Below, piece after piece: positions 12,565 through 23,779 of a stretch of DNA of 41,031 nucleotides. The DNA lies in the NCBI RefSeq assembly GCF_001194135.2, contig NC_069002.1, positions 19,758,090-19,799,120 on the forward strand, written 5' to 3'. Both the position numbers and the translations under genes were made by a program. The notes under the pieces were generated by a model. It saw only the letters and a list, made by a program, of their open reading frames with translations. It did not search any database and was not told the origin of the DNA. The DNA comes from Octopus bimaculoides (lineage: Eukaryota). Numbering within the stretch: the first letter of the stretch is position 1; every line of letters starts with the position of its first letter.

Positions 12565-13830
12565 ATATAGACTAGCCAAATTTTTCAGTAGAATGGGCTT
12601 TAATATAACTTTTGAAGATGAAACATCCATAGCCAATTTCCTAGATGTCGCTCTAGACCTACACACAAAAACCTTCTTTCCTTACCACAAACCCTCCACT
12701 AACCTTAAATATATTAGCAAATTTAGTAATCATCCCAAATCAGTAACAAGAAATTTAGTTAGGAACATTTCACTTAGATTATCAAATTTATCCACAAATG
12801 AAAACATTTTCAATAAGGAAGCTAACATTTACAACTCTGCTTTATGAAAAGCAGGATATAAAGAAAAAGTTAGTTACATAAATTCCACTTACGAAATCGA
12901 TACCCGTAATAGTATAGATAGTAATATTGACAGCAACGATAAATACAATGATCATTCACATCATAAAACTATTGACGATAACAAACAATAAAACAGTTCT
13001 TCAGATTATTTCAATAATAACAATAATAAATTGAAATTCTTTAGAAATAATAATAACACACATTCTAAACCAGAATCTGATAAGAATATCTGGCTGATAA
13101 TACCATTTGGAAAAAATATCAAATCAAATCTGGTTTCCCAGTTCCGAAATGTTGTTAATAAGAATTTTCCAAGACATTCTCACTGTTTCCCAGTCATAAA
13201 CACGCACAGGGTTAGATTCGGTTTCTCAAACACTAAAAACATCTCGCAAATAATATCCGCACACAATATGAAACTATTAAATTCAAGAGAGTACCGAAGT
13301 CAAGCATTACAAACCATTACCATCATAACAATAATAATACTAATAATAAACCAAGGAACAATAATTATAACATGAAATATAATAATAATAATTACAACAA
13401 CATCATTATTTCAGAAGTTAATAGCAAAAGAATTAGTTTTTTAAGTGATAATGCCGAACTCAAAAACACTATATATCAATGCCAGGTCAGTACTCCTACA
13501 AATGTGTCCTTTTATATTGGATCATCTTCTTCGCCAATATCCACCAGAATTTCCAACCATCATTCGTCCTTTAGAGATAGAAACAATCGAAATACCACAA
13601 GCCTTTGTAAATTAGTTTAGGAACTTAAAGACAATAGCATTAAATTTAAATTAGACTGGCTAATTCTTTCCATATCTAGACCATATGACAAAGGTAAATG
13701 ATTTTGCCCATTATGTAATACGGAGCTGTTCTTCATTTTATTCTCAAAGAATAAACTGGTGAACACTTTCATCGAAAACTCATACAGATATAAACATTGG
13801 CAGCAACACGTGTTCACAGCCTTCAGATAA
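12565..13830 (+). mobile_element. Penelope-like retroelement, 3' half (RT thumb, linker, GIY-YIG), inactivated
   Basis: FFSRMGFNITFE...NFLDVALDL...PYHKP...YISKFSNHP...NISLRLSNLS...YNSAL*KAGY; NIWLIIPFGKNIKSN...NKNFP...ISAHN; NTIYQCQV...FYIGSS...RISNHHSSFR...LV*ELKD...CPLCNTE. Contains stops and one frameshift near 13372. Confidence 0.92.
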
Positions 13831-14689
13831 AAAATACTTATTTATATAACGCTAACAAATTAACTTGTAACATATTAGTTTCTCCAATTTTTCAAGAGAC
13901 ACATATCAATTATACCTTTGTATGTAAAAAGATATCGTAGACTGATTTCCTTTGATATATGATATCTAAACACTCTTAATTTGTAAACCCAAATTAGAAC
14001 ACCAATAATATCTATAAACATATACCAGAACATTATTTTCAATTCAATTTAACATAAACATTACCTCCTACAATGTCCAATATGCTGTACTCAATTAACC
14101 TTATTCACTTAATTTCATACTTCTTTCTACATCCATATCATTCATTTACTGCTTTCACTTTATTCAGCAAAAATAAGAGTTTTTTTTATCATGCTCCAAG
14201 TTATATTAGTGACAGTATTCTAAGTCTACGAATTCAATTTATCATCTTAAACTTTCCTAGAAACATCTAAAATTCTGAAAACAATCCTAGTTCACTTCTT
14301 TACTTTCATCGTAAGATGAATCCTAAACATTTAAATATTCTCCTCTCTCTGCTCTATGACGTATAAATTACTGAACAATATAACATTCTATTTCATCTCT
14401 TGGAAAACCCTTGCATTAACAGATATAGAACGTGATCACCGAAGTAAATTTGATAATAATATTAACTTAGTCTTTCCAAGTAATTTTAACTCCTTCAACC
14501 CCTTCCTCTTGCCCATTTTATTTACATCTAACTTAATAACATAATCCATTTCTGTAGATTAATAGACCACCCATTAATTTTATTAATTGTCAATCATTTA
14601 ATATCTTACTAACTAATATAAGCATCACTTTCCTATACATATAGCGCTGCTTTAATATCAATCACCATACAACAACCGTGTGTATACAC

Positions 14690-14771
14690 GTACTAAGGGG
14701 TGTATACAAATGCGTGTATGTATCCATATGTATACACATATATATGTGTGGTGTGTATATATGTGTAAGTA

Positions 14772-14838
<67 letters not shown>

Positions 14839-14930
14839 ATTCATGTATATGTATGAAATTATATATGTGTAGGTGTGTGTATATATATATGTAAGAATAT
14901 ATATGTATATGTGTGTGTATATAGATAGAT
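14690..14930. repeat. Compound microsatellite (GT/AT)
   Basis: Simple repeats ending at a gap. Confidence 0.9.
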
Positions 14931-15364
14931 NNNNNNNNNNNNNNNNNNNNNNNNNNNNNNNNNNNNNNNNNNNNNNNNNNNNNNNNNNNNNNNNNNNNNN
15001 NNNNNNNNNNNNNNNNNNNNNNNNNNNNNNNNNNNNNNNNNNNNNNNNNNNNNNNNNNNNNNNNNNNNNNNNNNNNNNNNNNNNNNNNNNNNNNNNNNNN
15101 NNNNNNNNNNNNNNNNNNNNNNNNNNNNNNNNNNNNNNNNNNNNNNNNNNNNNNNNNNNNNNNNNNNNNNNNNNNNNNNNNNNNNNNNNNNNNNNNNNTC
15201 TGTGACCTCATCAGTGGTCCTTTGCTTTCTTCTTTCTTATGTGTGTCCCACCTTGCTAACTATGACTGAAACAAGTAAAACAATAAAAATCTATGCCATT
15301 TTAATTCCGAGCAAGGATGGGTATCTCTGCTAGTAATAATAATAATAATAGAAATAACGATAAA

Positions 15365-16025
15365 AATGGAGTCCTGCTACATGACAGAAGGGCTGCAAGT
15401 GCAGAGGTACCAAGGATGAAGTCCTGATGGACAAAACTGTACTTAGAGACTGGAACAGGAGGAAAAGTAACTTAGCCATGTCATGGATCGATTATTGTAA
15501 GGCGTACGATATGATCCCACATTCTTCGATTATGGAATTATGAACCTATTTGGCATTACATCGAATGTTGAGCGATTGCTTGGAAAAAGTATGGCGAAGT
15601 GGAGGACGGATCTGACAGCATATGAAAGAATTTAGGGACGATTAAAATCAGGAGGGGCATCTTCCAAGGGGACTGCCTGTCGCCACTGATCTTTGTACTG
15701 TGTATGACATCATTAACACTGATTCTGAGGAAAGTAAAGGCTGGGTATGTACTGAAGAGCAGCCAACAAAATGTCAACTACTTGTTATTTATGGATGACC
15801 TCCAACTCGTTGATGCGGTGTATACTTTCAGTGCTGATAACAGAACGGAGTTCGGATAGAAAAAGTGTGATGTGTTACACCTCAAGAGAAGCAAAATAAG
15901 ATGTAGGGTCGGGCTAACGATACCCTCGGGTGAGGTGATGAAGTAGATAGAAAAGACGGGCTATAACTCCTTGGAGATATTGGAAATGAATAAATTGATG
16001 GATAATGAAATGGCAGAAAAATTTA
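15365..16025 (+). mobile_element. R4/Dong-clade non-LTR retrotransposon RT fragment (copy A)
   Basis: [17 protein letters not shown]...[47 protein letters not shown]. Preceded by (TAA)5 at about 15333-15349. Confidence 0.9.
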
Positions 16026-16029
16026 GGTG

Positions 16030-16806
16030 GCTACTGTAAGCATCCGCGACTATAGGATGGCTATTTAACGGCACCCAAATTATGTGTAAACCTTTTCTAA
16101 TGCTTCAAACTATGAAATATCTGTGGGTATTTGAATGATTTGAGAAGTGTTTTTCCAGAACCGTCTATATATTTGCTAAAACTTTGAGATGTTTAGTGAT
16201 TCTTATATCTCAACTACGATATGATGTTCTATAGATAGATAATTTACAGTAAATATGATGAGATGTTTTATATATAGATTACTATAGATTTGTTAAGATG
16301 TTTTTCATAATTTCTATATCTCATCCATCGTATGTTTAGCTTGTCGACGCTACTCTCAATAATCTAGATTTCTACGCGTAAATTGTCCCCACGCTGGAAT
16401 TTCCACGAGATACCCTGCTTCCACTTTGCCCCCTCTTCTCTCTTCCTCCTCTCCCACTCGGTCTTCAGTGCTGCTGTAAATGTTCACGACGATAGGCTGG
16501 CTATTTAACTGTCCTCCAAAATGTGTAAGCCTTTTCTAATACGTCAAACAATGAAATCTTATTGTGTGTGATTCATAGATTTGGGATGCGTTTTTCGAGA
16601 AACTTCTATATGTTTGCTAAAACTTTGTGATGTTTATAGATTTTTATATCTTAACTACGATGTGATGTTCCAGAGATAGATTACTTTATCGTACATTTGA
16701 TGTGATGTTTTATAGATTACTATAGTTTTGTTAAAACTTCCAGATATTGTTCATATATATCTATATCTTATCTATAATATGTCTAACATATCGACGTTCC
16801 TCTCAA
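16030..16806. repeat. Diverged direct repeat of about 330 bp (16030-16359 and 16470-16806)
   Basis: Colinear shared blocks include CTGTAA...CGAC.ATAGG.TGGCTATTTAAC, CCTTTTCTAAT, TTTGCTAAAACTTTG.GATGTTTA, AACTACGAT.TGATGTTC, ATAGATTACTATAG.TTTGTTAA and TCGACG...CTCTCAA. Confidence 0.88.
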
Positions 16807-17124
16807 AATTCACCTCCCACTCACCTCCAATCAACCGCCAGGTCTATCAACTACCAATCCAATCAAACAGCTTGGATTAGTAGATACAACAAACCGGGTC
16901 TTCCATTTAACGCCGCAGTAACATCAGTAGCCAAACCAGCAGCCGTAAATCTAACATCTTTTGTTGTCTAAAGAAATCAGGGGAAAAATATTAAGACCTC
17001 TAGGCCTTGTAGTAATAATATAATCATAGTAATAATAGTGAAACTGTAGTAGTGGACAAGTAAATAACGAGGTAGGGATTATAGTAGTAATAATGGAATT
17101 ATAATACAGAAGAAGTAAATAATA

Positions 17125-20100
17125 ACTCCGAATGGTTAACAAATGGCGTTTTGAAATCGTCGGGCCGTCGGTGACTAAACCGGCAACCCCACTAAGCTTA
17201 CTTGGTGAGGAGGGTGGATTTTCGACACCCAGCGTGCTTTTAAGAAATAACCGGAAAGAGGCAGAGGGACTCAGAATCGCCTTGTGGTTGAGCAGCGCAG
17301 GTTCGGTTGTTATCCAGAGACTGTCTTGTACAGAAAGCCAGAGGCAGATTATGAATGTGGGATAAGGAGGCAACCGGAACGGCAATTGAATGCTGGAACA
17401 TGAGTGAACCCAGTAGATTGGTATTCCGACAACGCATGTAATCGAAATGGAATTAAATAGGACTCTTCGAAATAAGTGAGCAACGTTTAGCCGACCAGAC
17501 AAGAACAATAAGAGCAAAAGGATAGTTAACAGACATGGAAAGAGAAGAGATAAAAAGGAAAATAGAAGGTAGAAATATTACTTCATCAATAGATCACATG
17601 CCCAGCAAGGACAGAGAAATGAATGGCGGCAGTGAAGACGTAGAGCAGAGTGTAAATGTAAATGTATTCTCAGAAAATGAAGCAGAAGTAATAGGAAGAG
17701 ATATTTCTAAAAGAATACGATGATGATCAACAAGACATATTGAGGACGCTGTGCCGATATATTGAAGAAAACTAGCATCAAGCACCCCACAACCTGATGC
17801 ACATTGATCGACGCAAGCTCAAAGTTGAAACTGTAAAGATAGATTCGGTCCTTGGGCTATTCCAAACGAGAAATATGACTGAAACTAACAAGATTAGTTG
17901 GGCTGCAAACATGGCTGCAGCTGATAGTGCAGGATGTAAAAGGAAAGCACAAATAGAAGGTAAAGAACCATATTGAAGTAGACGAAATTGTGAGAAACAA
18001 AGTTAAAAAGGCATTTAGGACAAGTTGGTAGACTGAGAACAGGGAAATTGCAGAACGTAAGCATAAGAATAATACTGGGAAGAACATATAGAATAAGAGA
18101 TAAAAGGTTATGATGTGATGCTGGAAGAACTGAAAGAAAGGGTAGTAGGAATGAAGGCAAAACTGTAAAAATATGACTTAGAAAAAAAAAACAGTTCAGA
18201 TAAAACATTGTTTGAAGTAAATCAGAAGAAACCGTTTCAGGAACTAGATGGCTAAATAACGTAACAATGATACTAAATGCAGGAGAAAGCAAAGCATTCT
18301 GGAAAGGGATCTGGGGACAAGGTGTAAAGCAAAATGATGAAGCAAAGTAGCTACATGAAATTCAAAATAGGTTAAGGAATATAGAAGAATAGCAAGACAT
18401 AAAAATAACTACAGAAATGATTAAAAAAGCAGTTCCCAATTTGGAAGAGCCCGGGTCCAGATGGGGTTCAAGGGTATTGGATGAAGAAGCTGAGAGGGCT
18501 GCATGAAAGGATAACACAACAGCTAGATGCAACAGCTAGATGAGTACATGCAGGAAGGTGCAGTGCCCAGCTGGATGACAAAGGGAAAGACATTGTTACG
18601 TACCAAGGATCCTGAAAAGGGAAGTATTGCATCCAACTTTCGACCAATGACATGCCTTCCGCTAATGTCAGGTGCTTTAGCCGGTGAACTGTATAGATAC
18701 TTGGGAAAATGTGGGATCCTACCTATTGTACAGAAAGAGTGTAGAAATAGGAGCCGGGGAACGATGGATCAGCTCTTAATTGATAGTCAAATTATCAGGA
18801 ACTGCAAGAGAAGACACAAACCTGAGCCTGGCATGAGTTGACTATTGTAAAGCATACGATATGATACCACACACCTGGATAATAAGAACTATGGAGAGGG
18901 TGAAAATATGAGAAGCCTCATACGGAATAGCATGGAGAACGGAATTGAGAGCAAGGAAGCATGTATCAGGAGATATGAAAATCTAGAGATGTAACTTCCA
19001 AGGGGACATTGTGTCCCCACTGATATTCGTGTTGGGAATGATCCCATTGAGTGATATACTACAGAAAACAAAGTTGGGGTTTGATCTGGGAAGAGATAAA
19101 AGAAACTGAACCACTTCCTATTCATGGACGACGTGAAGTTATTCACAAAATCTGAGACAGAATTGGACAGACTAGTCCAGTTTTCGGATTTTCTTCAATN
19201 NNNNNNNNNTGGACGACGTGAAGTTATTCACAAAATTTGAGACAGAATTGGACAGACTACTCCAGTTTTCGGATTTTCTTCAATGATATTAAGATTGAGT
19301 TTCGACTCTGAAAGTGTGCTACGATGGTGATGAGACGAGGAAAGCTTGCCAGGACAGAAGGCATATAGTTGCCAAGTGGTGAAATAATGAGGGTAATCCA
19401 ACTTCAATCGAACTAAATACCTGTGAATACTTCAGACAAGAAGGGCGTACCTGGGGTGACTGACAAAATTATTGGCTTCAAAGCTGAATGCCAGAAACAT
19501 AATTTCGGCTATAAAGTCGCACGCAGTCGCAGTAGTTCAGTATGGCACTGGAATGCTGAAGTGGACAGAGGAGAAGCTTAAGGAGATGGACGGGAAGTCA
19601 AGAAAGCTCCTAACGATGGAAGGAGCACATCATCCACGTTGCAGAGACTGATCCCATGTACATGAAGAGAGCAAATAGAGGAAGGGGAATGATAAGTGTG
19701 GAAGACATCGTGTGTGTTGAACTCGAGTACTTAATGAGATACGTAGCCCAATGTAAGGAAACCTTGCTAGTGGCAGTTAGGAACGAGGGAGTAATGAAAC
19801 TAGAGAAAAAAGAAAAACAAAGGACGAAATACGAAAAAGACTCGAAGAAGAATTACACAACAAGGGACTACATATTCAATTCCATGTCGTCACAACAGAG
19901 TTTCTGGCAAAAATAGGTGGAGTTGGTTGATGAAATGAACCCTAAAGAAAAGAGACAGGGAGCACTATACTGGCAGCGCAAGAGCAAGCTTTGGTCACGA
20001 ACTGGAGGATGAACCTTTGAAATGAACAAGTGTCTCTGCTGTGTCGTATACCACGAACGAATGCCCTTGACTTTCCCAAACCGACTAGACTCTGTGGCGA

Positions 20101-20679
20101 CACGATCATGTAGAGAAAGTTCTTCAACGAAAAATGTGCAAAAAAGTGTGGACTAGGGAGAGGCAAGACGTAGTATGAGCACAAACCGCAGTGAGTGGTG
20201 GAGTCGGAGACCAGCTAAATCATTTGGGATTTCCCAATCCAAATATATCGGGTGCTAGAGCATAACAGACCGAACCTGGCGGTGGTGGACAAGGTGCCCC
20301 ACATACGCTATATAGTTGATGCTGCATATTCTTTTGACTCACGAATATTCAAGAAGGATAGCAAAAAGACAGAGAAACATAACCCTTTTAAGTACGAAAT
20401 AACCAGGGTATGGAAAATGAAGAAGGGGAAGATAGTGTTAATTATTAATGGGTCCTTGACGACAGTATGAGAAGGCATCAAGAGAAATATAAAGGAAATT
20501 GGAATAGAGCGCCCAATAAGTCTGTTACAAAAGTTTTAACCTCCTTCGCACCGCCAGAAGAATCAAGAAAGTATCAGATAGCTGAAAATAACAGATAACA
20601 TGGTACCGTAGGCTGCAGGTAGCAACCCGCTACGCATGCAAGGCTCCAGGAGCTCCAACGAAACCTGTGATAAAGAGGA

Positions 20680-20681
<2 letters not shown>
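17125..20681 (+). mobile_element. Near full-length R4/Dong-clade retrotransposon (RT plus restriction-like endonuclease), decayed (copy B)
   Basis: N-terminal GLFEISEQRLADQTRTIR; KSPGPDGVQGYWMKKL; FRPMTCLPLM; QKECRNRSRGTMDQLLID; HFLFMDDVKL; MYMKRANRGRGMISVED; RLE region IIWDFPIQ...EHNRPNLAVVDK...IVDAAYSFD...KYEITRVWKM. Ends in a (TAA)n tail. Many stops and indels, including a 13-bp duplication at 18517-18542. Confidence 0.93.

Positions 20682-20738
<57 letters not shown>
20682..20738 (+). repeat. (TAA)19, 3' tail or target of the R4/Dong element
   Basis: Perfect trinucleotide run directly after the 3' UTR of copy B. Confidence 0.95.
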
Positions 20739-20740
<2 letters not shown>

Positions 20741-20799
20741 TAAACAGCATCAGCAATTCAGTCATAATGGGAAGGAATATCGAGCAAACAAGAAAAACA

Positions 20800-22100
20800 G
20801 ACCAAAAATACTTAATTGATAATTTGAGTAAAGGAAAGGAAGAGGAAGCTAGCACCACATATATGGCCCACCATCAAAAACCGAGAAATCAGGGACGACG
20901 TGAAACTGGAAAACACCAGCGGTAGACAAGTTCGTCAACTCTCGGCTGAGATGCCTCATCTGTGCCCATATTCACATAGCAGTAACTTTTTAAGTGATAA
21001 TACGGAAACCAGAATCACGACCAAACTGGATGCTGGAAGGACAAACCGCTCTAATTCCAAACAGCCAAGACATCTTACACTCACGGCATTATAGTAAGTC
21101 AGAGTCAATAACATTTCTATCGACAATCTATAAAACTGTCACATCCATTATCTATAGCCGGTTTCTAAAACACCCGAAAAACAACAATCTTTTATTAGAA
21201 GATCAATAGGGATGCCCAAATGGGATGCATCATTGGAAAGAGCAGCTTCTGGTGAATCAAGCCATTATAGTGGATGGTGAAAATAGAAAAACAAACTTCA
21301 ACATGAATTGGATTGATTATAAGAAAACATTCGACAGTGCTCCGCACCCATACATGCTGGAGTCCTTCCACACAAATAAAGTAGCTCCAATATTACTAAA
21401 ATATATCTACTATGCATTGACAAAATGGAAAAACAGCATAACACTGGACATGAATCATTGAAACCTGCCCTATTACTATAAGAAGAGGAATTGTTTGGGG
21501 AAACTAGTTGTTCCACTGCTTTTCTGCCATGCTCTGACCTCACAAAAACGACCCTAGATTCGAAACGCTATGGACAAACGATAAATCATCTACTTTACAA
21601 GGATGACTTCAAAATATTCAACAGAAATATCACGGGACATAAAAAAAAACATTCTGTGAATTGTCCATAGTTTCAGCAAGAGCATGAAAATGGAGCTTGG
21701 GGTTGGACAAATCTGCCAAAGTGACATTGACAAGAGGCAAATTAATCAACGCAGGAAACATTGCACCTTGCATAGGCACAGGTATTAGACAATTAGACCA
21801 CCATTCGCCCATACAGATATCTAGAAATAGACGAAAGGGCTAACAGAGAAATGAAAGACAGAATTAGGAGAGAATATTACAGAAGAATTAATCAAATATT
21901 AAACGCTGCACTGAGAGCCAAAAATAAGATAATATGGAAAAGCATGGTAGGTATGCCAATCAAAATTGCAGCTTTAATAAAACGGTAAATTTGGGATTTG
22001 AGAAACTTCAAAAAACCAGAAAACTATTAAAAGCATTCCGAGGTCACCAATCCAAGGCAGACACAAACAGAATATATCTACCCCACTCAGAATGCGGTCG
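20800..22100 (+). mobile_element. R4/Dong-clade RT fragment (copy C, diverged subfamily)
   Basis: NWKTPAVDK, ITFLSTIYKTVTSII, KEQLLVNQAI...NMNWIDYKKTFDSAPH, INHLLYKDDFK, EYYRRINQIL, KTRKLL...[16 protein letters not shown]. Broken by (GT)n and a gap. Confidence 0.88.
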
Positions 22101-22150
22101 AGTGTGTGTGTGTGTGCGCGTGTGTTTGTGTGTGTGTGTGTGTGTGCGCG

Positions 22151-22197
<47 letters not shown>

Positions 22198-22457
22198 NNN
22201 NNNNNNNNNNNNNNNNNNNNNNNNNNNNNNNNNNNNNNNNNNNNNNNNNNNNNNNNNNNNNNCTGAAAGAAGATTATCACATATATGTGTGTGTTCATAG
22301 GTATGTTTATGTAGGTATGTGTGTGTGTGTGTGTCTGTGTGTGCGTTGTTCTTTCAGTTTTCTACAGTCTTTCGGCAACAACTATGCGCTGCTTTAACAA
22401 GTTCACTTCATGAAAACGATCCTGGTAGTTAGCTTATGCCTTATATTTATTCCTCCA

Positions 22458-22512
22458 GGGTCTTTTGCGGAACCACTAAGCTACGGAGAATGAAATGATC
22501 TACCATCGTTAT
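22458..22512 (-). mobile_element. Short SINE fragment related to 40201-40396
   Basis: The reverse complement TAGTGGTTCCGCAAAAGACCC matches TAGCGGTTCCGCAAAAGAGACCC at about 40256-40278. Confidence 0.4.
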
Positions 22513-22758
22513 GAAAGAAACACGGATGCTGCTACATATATATCTATGCTGACATCAGATACCATTTTGATGGTGCTTCAATTAATTATCATAAGCAGAT
22601 TTTGATGGTATGAACTTAGCAGAATCCAACACATCCCAGGCTTTTAATACACTCATAACAACTCTACTCCGTCACGCACACATCAGAAATGGTGGTAATC
22701 AGTCAGCAATTTCAGCAGTGCATATGATCGTTTTTGCCTCTTAGAGGTAATAGATGAC

Positions 22759-22816
22759 CAACAGCTCTCGAACATGTTGACCAATTTCAACAGCTCTCGA
22801 ACATGTTGACCAATTT
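22759..22816. repeat. Perfect 29-bp tandem duplication
   Basis: CAACAGCTCTCGAACATGTTGACCAATTT twice (22759-22787, 22788-22816). Confidence 0.97.
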
Positions 22817-23678
22817 CCCTATCTTGGAACTATTATTTCCCGTAAATGTGTTTCTGGAAAGTAATTGAAATCAAACGTATATCATCCAAGTTGATAATTA
22901 ACACCAGAACGTAAATCATCATCCATCAATCTGTAGTCATCTTCGATTAATTATCGCTGACGAACGAAAAAACAGGAACGTTTCCCTCATCAAAAGCATT
23001 ATCGCATCTTTAACATCAAATAAGACTATTATACATCCAACTATATTGTCCAAGAAAATGCCAACTCTCAATGATTAAGGAGGCCATGAGGAAAAATCAT
23101 CTTCCATGTTTAGAGGATGTGTTTGGAGTTTAAGGAGAGAAATTTCTACCACAAATTGTCTTTAGCGAATGACCCACCGAAATAAAGACACTAGGATATC
23201 ATTCCCACCATTATTGATACCAACCAAACTAAACCTTCGAATTCGAAACAGCTGGAGTTGAGGCCAAAATGCTGCAATGCCCTAAACGGTTCCAAACGAC
23301 GTCATGCAATTTTCATTGCAACTGTTTTCGAAACGAAAGAAAACTTGAAAGAAACAACGACGACAAGACGCAAAAATTACGATCACNNNNNNNNNNNNNN
23401 NNNNNNNNNNNNNNNNNNNNNNNNNNNNNNNNNNNNNNNNNNNNNNNNNNNNNNNNNNNNNNNNNNNNNNNNNNNNNNNNNNNNNNNNNNNNNNNNNNNN
23501 NNNNNNNNNNNNNNNNNNNNNNNNNNNNNNNNNNNNNNNNNNNNNNNNNNNNNNNNNNNNNNNNNNNNNNNNNNNNNNNNNNNNNNNNNNNNNNNNNNNC
23601 ATTATATACGTTATCAGGTGAATGAAGAATTACTGTTTCTCACAAATTTTTTGTGCAAAATATGCTGTTCGTACTATA

Positions 23679-23681
<3 letters not shown>

Positions 23682-23746
<65 letters not shown>

Positions 23747-23772
23747 GTTATTATTATTATTATTATTATTAT
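23682..23772. repeat. (TTA)n microsatellite, (TAA)n on the minus strand
   Basis: About 30 units with one TTG interruption. Confidence 0.96.
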
Positions 23773-23779
23773 CCTGGTT

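Noticed and set aside
13830-14650. Search for a hammerhead downstream of the Penelope ORF at 12565-13830
   Set aside because: Only small hairpins (e.g. TTCATC-gtaa-GATGAA); no CUGANGA/GAAA core found by eye.
15199-15225. CUGAUGA on the minus strand (15208-15214) followed by GGUC
   Set aside because: A possible hammerhead core, but the rest would lie in the adjacent gap, and the 7-mer alone is not evidence.
16380-16480. CUGAAGA on the minus strand in the spacer of the 330-bp direct repeat
   Set aside because: No stem III or helix I complement could be built.
19125-19284. 75-bp direct repeat (19125-19199 and 19210-19284) across the RT MDD motif of R4 copy B
   Set aside because: The copies flank a 10-N gap and differ at 2 positions, typical of an unmerged contig overlap or two haplotypes rather than a real duplication.
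22840-23020. Faint mariner-like peptide (FDVKDA) on the minus strand
   Set aside because: Too short, with no TIRs or catalytic motifs to support it.
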